Below are positions 45,500 to 53,222 of a stretch of DNA of 64,000 nucleotides, piece after piece. The position numbers were made by a program, and so were the translations under genes. Below the pieces are notes generated by a model. That model searched no databases. It was not told where the DNA came from and was given only the letters and a program-made list of their open reading frames with translations. The first letter of the stretch is position 1; each line of letters starts with the position of its first letter. The stretch lies in contig CANQQX010000002.1 of NCBI GenBank assembly GCA_947626115.1, forward strand, positions 2,871 through 66,870. The letters run 5' to 3'. The DNA comes from an uncultured Bacilli bacterium. Lineage in GTDB: Bacteria; Bacillota_I; Bacilli_A; RF39; UBA660.

Positions 45500-46870
45500 A
45501 TTTTTATATATAGTTTAGCTTATTCTTTCCATATAGGAAATGACCAAAATAAGAAGAATAGTGTTAGAAATAGTGCTAAAAGTAATTTAAGTGGTACAAC
45601 ATCTAAAGCTAATAATGCAATTCAAAATGCATCATCATTAGCAAAAGTTGATAATCATAATTGTAGAAAATATGATGATAAAGAAAATGATATTGAATTT
45701 ATTAGAGGTACTAATTCGGTAGTGGATGATGTTAAAAAACTATATAAAGATGAGTTTGAAGAAGCAGTTTTGAAATATAATTCAAGACAAGTTAGAGATG
45801 ATAGAAAAATTAAAGATTACTTTACTTATGTTAGCAATAACGCTAAAAATGATCTAGCAGTTCAGATTATAATTGAACTAGGAGATAAGGAATTTTGGGA
45901 TACGAAAGATATAATATTTAAAAAGAGAATGACTACCATTTATAAAGAGCAAGTTCATTATTTAGAACAAATACTTCCTAATTTTAAAGTAGCAAGTGCT
46001 ATTATTCACTATGATGAAAGTTGTCCCCATCTTCATATTGTAGGTGTACCAATTAAATATAAAAGTAAAAACGGAATGAATAAACAAGTTGGAAAATCAG
46101 ATGTATTTACAAAAGAATCTCTCCATAATTTACAAGATAAAATGAGAGAAAATTGTATTGAAGCTTATAATAAAGAGTATAGCTTAGATGATATTTTAAA
46201 TGAAAAAATGGAAGGTAGAAATGAAGATTATGTAAAAAAAGACTATATAAAAATGAAGAAAAAAATTAAAATTCATGAGAACAATTTAAAACGAGCAAAA
46301 GAAAAATCAGAAAAATTAGATAGTTCTACTAAAGAAGTAAAAGAGATACTAAACAATACTAAAGTTAAAGGCTTTAATAAAAGTCAATATGTAATATCTC
46401 TTGAAGAAAAAGAAAAAATTGATGAGTTTGTTAAGCAAGTAGATAATACTAATAAAGAGTATCAAAGAATTCAAAAGTTATCAGTTACTTTGGAAGAAAT
46501 GGATTCTAGTATGTTTAAAAACGAACAACAAATTTCTCATCTTACTATGTTAAATTCAAATCTAGAAACTGAAAATATTTCTTTAAATAAAATGTTAAAA
46601 GAAAAAGAAGTTACTATTGATAATTTAAAGAATGAAAACAAAACATTATCTTCTAAACTTAAATATTTTAAAGATATGTTTTATAATCTTGTTCAATTTC
46701 TTATGGATAAAATATTTAGAGTTAAAGATAGTAAGTATAAGGAGTTTGCTAAAGAATTATACGAGCATGGAGCATTAGAAAATAAAAACTATGAAGATAT
46801 TATGGGTATATCTAAAGTCAGTAATTTAAAAGAAAATAAAGTAAAAGAAAAAGAAGATTTTGAGCGATAA
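45500..46870 (+). CDS. MobV-family (Mob/Pre) relaxase; 5' end lacks a canonical start codon
   Basis: HYDESCPHLHIVGVP (HxDE..PHxH, motif III) lies downstream of GTG 45722. The HxxR motif (DNHNCRKY) lies upstream of it in the same open frame, which has no ATG/GTG/TTG back to the TAA stop upstream of the SD. SD AAAGGAG is followed by ATT at 45500. Confidence 0.7.
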   Translation: MFIYSLAYSFHIGNDQNKKNSVRNSAKSNLSGTTSKANNAIQNASSLAKVDNHNCRKYDDKENDIEFIRGTNSVVDDVKKLYKDEFEEAVLKYNSRQVRDDRKIKDYFTYVSNNAKNDLAVQIIIELGDKEFWDTKDIIFKKRMTTIYKEQVHYLEQILPNFKVASAIIHYDESCPHLHIVGVPIKYKSKNGMNKQVGKSDVFTKESLHNLQDKMRENCIEAYNKEYSLDDILNEKMEGRNEDYVKKDYIKMKKKIKIHENNLKRAKEKSEKLDSSTKEVKEILNNTKVKGFNKSQYVISLEEKEKIDEFVKQVDNTNKEYQRIQKLSVTLEEMDSSMFKNEQQISHLTMLNSNLETENISLNKMLKEKEVTIDNLKNENKTLSSKLKYFKDMFYNLVQFLMDKIFRVKDSKYKEFAKELYEHGALENKNYEDIMGISKVSNLKENKVKEKEDFER

Positions 46871-46893
46871 TGCTAAAATCTTCTTTTAAAATA

Positions 46894-48096
46894 CTATTTT
46901 TTAACTTCAAGTTTTAGTACTTTAGAAGTACCATCTATTTCCAAATTATGTTGTTTATTAATCAAGGCTAAACAATTGTCAATTCGTTCAACTAAACCAG
47001 ATAATGGTAATTCTCCTTTTATAGTTTTTAACATCTCTATTACCATTGCTTCAGTTTGTTTTACAGTTTCCATGTTAAAATCAGAAGAATCAAAACTAAT
47101 AACTCTTTGACTTAAATTTTTTGCAATAGCATTTTGTGTAGAACTCGCAAAATTAGAGACAATTATGTCACTGCTACTTTGATTATTATATGATGGTAAT
47201 AATAAATTATTTGCAGTTCCTAATAACATAGGATTTGTTGTTAAATCAACTTTAACGCCTTTTCTAGAATAGAAATTAGCACGAATTCCTTTTTTTCTAC
47301 TTACATCAAATCTATAAGTACCATTTATTTTTCCGTTACCTTTATGGGTGTTAATTGCAATTGCACCCATTTCTAAACTATCATCAGGATTTAGAGCAGC
47401 TTCAAAAGCGATTGAAGCATTATTTTGTCTATTTCGTTTATCATATTCTTTTATTATTCTTACTAACTTCATGCCAGTATTTAAGTCTTCAATAATTTCT
47501 ATATCATTAAATCTTTTTGTTAAAATATTTCCATTTAAAGCAAGTGAAATATGATCAGACATGAGTTCTTTTCTCCAATCCTGAGTTAATTTAAAAAGTG
47601 TAATATCTATACTAAAATCATTTGATAAAACATTAAAAGTTGTGTTATAAGATATTTGTCTAGGATTTTGTGGTGTTATTCTTTTTTTTACTTCTTTTGA
47701 AAAATTAATTTCTCCATTGTTATTGAAAGAAAAGTATCTTCTTGATTTATGAGATATCATCGCATGCCAATCAATTCTTCCAAATTCACATTCAAAATTT
47801 ATGTTTCTTTCTCCTGTGTTTGAATTATTTCCTACTAAGATTTCTTTCGCAAGAGGTATCCCAATACTTTTTCCAGAATAAAAAGCATTTGCTAATCTAT
47901 ATCTTAATCCATATTTATCTTCCATATCTCGTACATCAGCTTCACCAATTCCATAATGTAATGTTAAACAATGTGCATCTAGTAATTCTTCATACCAACT
48001 AGCATTCCAACTTTTTACATACTCTTCAGCTTTTTGCATTTCTTCTAAAACTTTTTCAACTGCTATCATTTGCAATTCTTTATCTAATTTTTCCAT
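46894..48096 (-). CDS. Orphan 400-aa protein, unknown function (sole cargo of the IME)
   Basis: Long ORF with SD AGGAGGAAAG and an upstream TATAAT-like box on the minus strand. No motif I can recognise. The plus-strand ORFs 47348-47554 and 47742-48002 are shadows. Confidence 0.6.
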   Translation of the reverse strand: MEKLDKELQMIAVEKVLEEMQKAEEYVKSWNASWYEELLDAHCLTLHYGIGEADVRDMEDKYGLRYRLANAFYSGKSIGIPLAKEILVGNNSNTGERNINFECEFGRIDWHAMISHKSRRYFSFNNNGEINFSKEVKKRITPQNPRQISYNTTFNVLSNDFSIDITLFKLTQDWRKELMSDHISLALNGNILTKRFNDIEIIEDLNTGMKLVRIIKEYDKRNRQNNASIAFEAALNPDDSLEMGAIAINTHKGNGKINGTYRFDVSRKKGIRANFYSRKGVKVDLTTNPMLLGTANNLLLPSYNNQSSSDIIVSNFASSTQNAIAKNLSQRVISFDSSDFNMETVKQTEAMVIEMLKTIKGELPLSGLVERIDNCLALINKQHNLEIDGTSKVLKLEVKK

Positions 48097-48247
48097 GGCT
48101 TTCCTCCTAATAGTTACATATTATATCATAAATTGATTAAAAAATTAAAACAATTTTGAATAATTGTGATAAAATGTTAAGTAGAGATTGATTTTTATAT
48201 ATTAAAATCGCTGATTGGGTGAAAAGTTGTAGATTACTACGTTACTT

Positions 48248-48283
48248 GCACCATTGACGAATCTGTTCGAACTTTTTTCGGAC
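48248..48283. repeat. Right flanking direct repeat (attR candidate)
   Basis: GCACCATTGACGAATCTGTTCGAACTTTTTTCGGAC. See 42865-42898. Confidence 0.7.
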
Positions 48284-48302
48284 TTTAACATAAAAAATAA
48301 TC

Positions 48303-48350
48303 CCTTAGGTTATTTTGATAGACTTGTCAAAATACCTAGGGGGTTAAATA
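48303..48350. repeat. Degenerate second copy of the IME oriT left half
   Basis: CCTTAGG-TTATTTTG...TGTCAAAATACCTAGGGGGTTAAATA compared with the IME sequence CCTTAGCCCCCCGTATTTTG...TGACAAAATACCTAGGGGGTTAATA. The 20-nt CAAAATACCTAGGGGGTTAA is identical (45429-45448 and 48328-48347). Confidence 0.65.
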
Positions 48351-48374
48351 TTAAGGAAAAGAGAAATTTTGTTT

Positions 48375-48821
48375 ATGAAAAATTATAAGGCTTATAAATT
48401 AGAATCTGCAACTAAGAATGATATAGAGTTATTAATATCCTATAAATTAGCAACTATTTTAGATTATGCTAAAGATTTACCTAAAGGAGAAATTGAGAAA
48501 ATAACTAATTATGTTAAAACTACTGTTCCTACCCAAATTGATGATTATAAGATTATTATAATCAACAACAAAAAAATTGGATGTTTATTATTAGAAAAAT
48601 ATGAAGATGGTATTTTACTAAGCGAATTATATCTGGATAAAAATTATAGAAGAAAAGGAATAGGTACAAATATATTAAATAATGTATTAAATAATAATTT
48701 TAAAGTCTATTTATGGGTTTATAAAGAAAATACTCTTGCTTTAAATTTATACAAAAAATTAGGATTTAAAATAAAAGAAACTACTGAAAATAGATATTTT
48801 ATGCAATATGACAAAAGTTAG
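48375..48821 (+). CDS. GNAT family N-acetyltransferase
   Basis: LYLDKNYRRKGIGTNILNNVL (acetyl-CoA binding R/Q-x-x-G-x-G/A) and LYKKLGFK. Confidence 0.75.
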   Translation: MKNYKAYKLESATKNDIELLISYKLATILDYAKDLPKGEIEKITNYVKTTVPTQIDDYKIIIINNKKIGCLLLEKYEDGILLSELYLDKNYRRKGIGTNILNNVLNNNFKVYLWVYKENTLALNLYKKLGFKIKETTENRYFMQYDKS

Positions 48822-49019
48822 TTTTTTTATAGCTAACTTTTTTAATTGTATAGATATATAATTTTAATATATAATATAAATACAAAGTATAAATTAAAAA
48901 ATTAAAATGTAAATTTATTGTTAGTGAGTTTACACTTTTGTGGTAATACTTATTTACATTTTGCATATATTACTTTATAATTAGGTTATAAAATGAGTTT
49001 TAGAAAGAGGTAAAAATTT

Positions 49020-50315
49020 ATGAAAAAATTATCAGTTAAATCTGTTACAGGTTTAGTATTAGTATCTGGCTTAGCTGCTGCTGGTGCTTATGTAGTAACA
49101 ACCAATGCTAATAAAAAATATGATGCTTCACTAGTTAATGAAGTAAATAATGAAGAAACTTTAAATTTTGCAGAAAATGCTACAATTGAAATAACTGCAG
49201 ATGATAGTGAAGAAGTAGTTGAAGCAAAAAAGGAAGCCATTGCTGCTAATGAAGAAGTTGCTAGTGCTACAAAAGAAATTAAACAAGCTAATGCTAAAGT
49301 AGATAATGCTAATAAGGAAATAGCAGAAGCACAAAATACGCAAAAGGAAGCAGAAAAAGCAGTTCAAAATGCCGAAAAAGCTGCCGAAGATGCTAAAGAA
49401 GCAAAGAAAGCTGCTGAAGCAGAATTAAAGGCTGCTAAAACTGCTGCTGAAAAGAAAGCTGCCGAAGCTAAATTAAAAGCTGCTAAAGAAGAAGCACAAA
49501 GAGCAGCAGATGCTAAAAAGGAAGCTGAAGCTAAAAAACAAGCAGCCATTGAAGCTGAAAGAAAAGCTGAAGAGACAAGAAAAGCTGCTGAAGAAGCTGC
49601 AAAAAAAGCCGAAGAAGCAAGAAGAATTGCCGAAGAAAAAGCTAAGAAAGCTGCCGAAGAAGCTAAAAGATTAAAAGAAGAAGAAGCCAAGAGACAAGCT
49701 GAAGAAGCAGCTAAATTCCAAAGAATGCTAGAAATGGCAAAAAAAGGTGAAGAAAGAGATAAAGCTGAATATGAAGCTCAAATGAAAGCTAAGGAAGAAG
49801 AAGTTGCTAAAAAAAGAGCTGAAAGACTTGCTAAAGAACAAGCCGAAAAAGAAGCAGCTGAAAAAGAAGCTCAAGAAAGAGCAGCCAGAGAATCAACTGC
49901 TGGTTTAGAAGAAAGACTAAAAGAGGAAGAAGAAAGAAAAAATGTAGAATATACATCTGATAGATTAATTACAGCCCAAAAACAAGCCGGTTCTTCAGTT
50001 AAATCAGATGTTAAAGAACATCCGATTGATGCTTTACGTAAAGATTTTGATCCAACTCTTACTGATAAAGATTATGGTTATATTTGGTTTGTTAGATTTA
50101 CTTGTGATATGAATGAGTGTTATGGATTCTCTATACCTGGATCTAGTAACTTTGGTGGTGATGTTATTTATGGTCGCAGAGGAGACGTTGAAAAATTAAC
50201 AATGTATGCTCCAGCTGCAAAACCTGGTTATGAATTTGAAAAATGGGAAAGATCTTCTTACACCCTTGAAAACATTACTATGGTAAGTTATAGAGCAGTA
50301 TATAAACAAATTTAA
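49020..50315 (+). CDS. Secreted/surface protein with long Ala/Glu/Lys-rich coiled-coil and a C-terminal Listeria-Bacteroides-repeat-like domain
   Basis: Signal peptide (KSVTGLVLVSGLAAAGAYV), about 250 aa of AEKAAEEAKK-type low complexity, and a C-terminal PGYEFEKWE motif. Confidence 0.55.
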   Translation: MKKLSVKSVTGLVLVSGLAAAGAYVVTTNANKKYDASLVNEVNNEETLNFAENATIEITADDSEEVVEAKKEAIAANEEVASATKEIKQANAKVDNANKEIAEAQNTQKEAEKAVQNAEKAAEDAKEAKKAAEAELKAAKTAAEKKAAEAKLKAAKEEAQRAADAKKEAEAKKQAAIEAERKAEETRKAAEEAAKKAEEARRIAEEKAKKAAEEAKRLKEEEAKRQAEEAAKFQRMLEMAKKGEERDKAEYEAQMKAKEEEVAKKRAERLAKEQAEKEAAEKEAQERAARESTAGLEERLKEEEERKNVEYTSDRLITAQKQAGSSVKSDVKEHPIDALRKDFDPTLTDKDYGYIWFVRFTCDMNECYGFSIPGSSNFGGDVIYGRRGDVEKLTMYAPAAKPGYEFEKWERSSYTLENITMVSYRAVYKQI

Positions 50316-50324
50316 TAAATTAAT

Positions 50325-50348
50325 AAACTTCTCAACCGAGAAGTTTTT
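50325..50348 (+). terminator. Intrinsic terminator
   Basis: AAACTTCTC (50325-50333), loop AACC, GAGAAGTTT (50338-46), then T-run. Confidence 0.75.
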
Positions 50349-50387
50349 AAATTGATAAAATTATGTTAAAATTAAATTGGTGTTATT

Positions 50388-50777
50388 ATGAATATAAAAG
50401 AATTAATTAAAAAAAATAAAACATTTTTAAAATACATATTAGTAGCAATTCTTAGTTTTTTAATCGATATTACTTTTTTTACTATCTTTAATTTTTTATT
50501 TACTAATATAATACTAGCAACTATTTTGGCAAGAATTATATCATCTTTAATTAATTTTTTACTTAATAGAGATAAAGTATTTAAATCTTTAAATAAAAAT
50601 AAAATTATGTATGTCAAATATTATACTTTAGTAATATGTCAAATGTTAGTATCAGCCTTTGTCGTAGATAACTTAGTAAAAATTATTCCAATAAATGCCA
50701 CTTTAATTAAAATACCAGTAGAATTTATTATCTTTATTTGTAATTATTTAATTCAAAAATTTTTCATATTTAAATAG
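50388..50777 (+). CDS. GtrA family membrane protein
   Basis: 129 aa with four TM helices. FLKYILVAILSFLIDITFFTIF and the C-terminal NYLIQKFFIF are typical of GtrA. Confidence 0.7.
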   Translation: MNIKELIKKNKTFLKYILVAILSFLIDITFFTIFNFLFTNIILATILARIISSLINFLLNRDKVFKSLNKNKIMYVKYYTLVICQMLVSAFVVDNLVKIIPINATLIKIPVEFIIFICNYLIQKFFIFK

Positions 50778-50851
50778 TATTTCATTAAACTTTCATTGTT
50801 CTTATTTAATTATTATTGTATAATTAAAATATAATAGAAATAGGGTGCAAT

Positions 50852-52555
50852 ATGGCAAAAGATAAATATTTATGGGAACACTATTATCAAGAAAGCGAAA
50901 GAAATATAAGTGTACCAGATCAATCATTATATGATTATATGATGGATTCTACTAAGGAATTTAGTAGAGAAGTGGCGCTTAATTATTTTGGTCGAAAAAT
51001 AACTTTTAAAACATTTTGGGATTATATTGATAAATGTGCCAAAAGCCTAAAAGTTTTAGGTGTCAAAGAAAAAGATGTTGTTACTATTTGTATGCCTAAT
51101 ACACCAGAAGCAGTTATTTCTTTTTTTGCTGTTAATAAAATTGGAGCAATTGCTAATATGATTCATCCCTTATCTGCTGAAGAAGAAATTAAAGATTATC
51201 TAAATAATACTAAAAGTAATTACATGATTGCTTTAAATCAATGTTATAGTAAAATTAAAAAAATTATTAAAGATACAAAAGTAAAAAAAGTAGTTATTGC
51301 TAGTCCTTCTGATTCAATGCCTATTTTTATGAATACTTTATATAATGCAACGATGGGTAGAAAAGAAGAAAAGCCTGTAAGTAATAGTATGTATTTATTT
51401 TGGCAGGAATTTATTAATTTAGAATCTTCTTATCAAGAAAAAATCGATGTTAAAATTTCTAAAGATGATACTGCTGTAATACTACATAGTGGTGGAACAA
51501 CTGGTGTACCAAAAAGTATTGTTTTATCTAATGCTTCCATTATTGGGGTAAATGAACAAGCCAAAATATTTTTCCCAGAAGCAGAAGTTGGTGATTCTCT
51601 TCTTTTAATACTACCATTATTCCATTGCTTTGGTTTAGTTGTTGGAATGTTTATTCCAATATGTCGGGGTGCAAGTTCTATTTTAATTCCGCAATTTGAT
51701 GCGAAGAAATTTGATAAATTATTATCACGTTATAAACCAAATTTCTTACTTGGCGTGCCAACTTTATTTGAAGCCATGCTTAATAATAAAAAAATAAAGA
51801 TGATGGATTTATCTTTCCTTAAAACTTTAATTTGTGGTGGAGATTCTTTATCTGAAAAGAAGAATAAAGAGATAAATGATTTTTTAACCAAACATAATTC
51901 TAATGCTAAAGTTATCCAAGGTTATGGCATGACGGAAACAACTGGACCAGTTTGTTATGGTACCCACGGTAGTAATAAACTCGGAAGTATTGGTATTCCT
52001 TTACCTGGTAATATAATTAAAATATGTGATAAAGAAAACAAAGAGGTAGCACCAGGTGAACTAGGCGAAATTTGTATTCATAGTATAGTTGTTATGAAAG
52101 AATATTTAAATAATAAAAAAGCGACTGAAGAAGTTTTAATTAAACATGATGATGGTCTTAAATATATTCATACTGGTGATTTAGGTTATATGGATAAAGA
52201 TGGGGTAATATTCTATGTCCAAAGACAAAAAAGAATTATTATTTCATCAGGATATAATGTTTATCCGCAATATATTGAAAATGTTTTAAAAGATAATGAA
52301 TATATTAAAGATGCTTGTGTAGTTGGTGTTCCCCATCCATATAAAAAAGAAATAGCGAAAGCCTTTATTATTCTAAAAGATGGTGTAGAAGAAAGTTATA
52401 CAGTTAAAAAAGCAATAATGGATTACGCCGAAAAGAATTTAGCTCATTATATGATACCAAGAGAATATATTTATAAAAGAGAATTTCCTAAAACAAAAAT
52501 GGCTAAGACTGATTATTTAGCCTTAAGAGATGAATTAATCAAAAAAGATAATTAG
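50852..52555 (+). CDS. AMP-dependent acyl-CoA synthetase/ligase (FadD-like)
   Basis: ILHSGGTTGVPKS (AMP-binding motif), GYGMTET, and YIHTGDLGYMDKDG. Confidence 0.85.
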   Translation: MAKDKYLWEHYYQESERNISVPDQSLYDYMMDSTKEFSREVALNYFGRKITFKTFWDYIDKCAKSLKVLGVKEKDVVTICMPNTPEAVISFFAVNKIGAIANMIHPLSAEEEIKDYLNNTKSNYMIALNQCYSKIKKIIKDTKVKKVVIASPSDSMPIFMNTLYNATMGRKEEKPVSNSMYLFWQEFINLESSYQEKIDVKISKDDTAVILHSGGTTGVPKSIVLSNASIIGVNEQAKIFFPEAEVGDSLLLILPLFHCFGLVVGMFIPICRGASSILIPQFDAKKFDKLLSRYKPNFLLGVPTLFEAMLNNKKIKMMDLSFLKTLICGGDSLSEKKNKEINDFLTKHNSNAKVIQGYGMTETTGPVCYGTHGSNKLGSIGIPLPGNIIKICDKENKEVAPGELGEICIHSIVVMKEYLNNKKATEEVLIKHDDGLKYIHTGDLGYMDKDGVIFYVQRQKRIIISSGYNVYPQYIENVLKDNEYIKDACVVGVPHPYKKEIAKAFIILKDGVEESYTVKKAIMDYAEKNLAHYMIPREYIYKREFPKTKMAKTDYLALRDELIKKDN

Positions 52556-52563
52556 GTGATTTT

Positions 52564-53220
52564 ATGTTAGCAGTGTTAATTATTTTAAACTTATTATGTC
52601 TATATATTATTTTTATCATCTTTAAATCATTTAAACAAAATGAATTTCATATGTTTTGGTATAATTTCTTAAAGTATCCTTTAGGATTAATCTTCAAATT
52701 ATATTATCCTTTTAAAGTATATAATAAAGAAAATGCAAAAGTAGAAGGACCAGTTATATATGCTGGTAATCATATTCATCTAATGGATCAATGTTTAGTT
52801 ATTTTAACAACAAAAAGACCAATTCATTATATGGCTAAAAAAGAATATTTTGATAAATTTAAAACTAGATGGTTTTTTAGTTTAGTTGGTTGTATTCCGG
52901 TTAATAGAGAAATACATGATGAAGAAGCAAAGAGTGAAGCGTTAGAAGTATTAAACAATGGTCTTGCTTTAGGAATATTCCCAGAAGGTACTAGAAATAA
53001 AACCAAAGAATTATTATTACCTTTTAAATTTGGGACAGTTTCGATGGCAGAGAAAACTAATGCGACAATTGTGCCTTTTGCGGTAACTGGTACCTATAAA
53101 TTTAGAAGTCATAATTTAAAACTAACTTATGGCAAACCTTTTAAAGTAGATGATATGTCTTTAGAAGATGCTAATGATAAATTATATAAAGAAATATTAA
53201 AAATGGTAAAGGGGGGATAA
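52564..53220 (+). CDS. 1-acyl-sn-glycerol-3-phosphate acyltransferase family protein
   Basis: NHIHLMD (HX4D) and FPEGTRN motifs. Confidence 0.8.
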   Translation: MLAVLIILNLLCLYIIFIIFKSFKQNEFHMFWYNFLKYPLGLIFKLYYPFKVYNKENAKVEGPVIYAGNHIHLMDQCLVILTTKRPIHYMAKKEYFDKFKTRWFFSLVGCIPVNREIHDEEAKSEALEVLNNGLALGIFPEGTRNKTKELLLPFKFGTVSMAEKTNATIVPFAVTGTYKFRSHNLKLTYGKPFKVDDMSLEDANDKLYKEILKMVKGG

Positions 53221-53222
53221 AA

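Larger units (their letters stand above)
42865..48283 (+). mobile_element. Integrative mobilizable element (about 5.4 kb) at the 3' end of tRNA-Thr
   Basis: Bounded by imperfect about 35-bp direct repeats that start in the last 6 nt of the tRNA. Carries a large serine recombinase, oriT-like inverted repeats, a MobV relaxase and one orphan gene. No T4SS genes. Confidence 0.75.

Noticed and set aside
49161-49690. Repetitive DNA at 49.2-49.9 kb, considered as a tandem repeat/CRISPR-like array, plus minus-strand ORFs 49161-49367 and 49364-49690
   Set aside because: The periodicity is irregular and there is no repeat-spacer structure. It is the Ala/Glu/Lys-rich coiled-coil coding region of the 49020-50315 surface protein, and the antisense ORFs are poly-Ala/Ser shadows.
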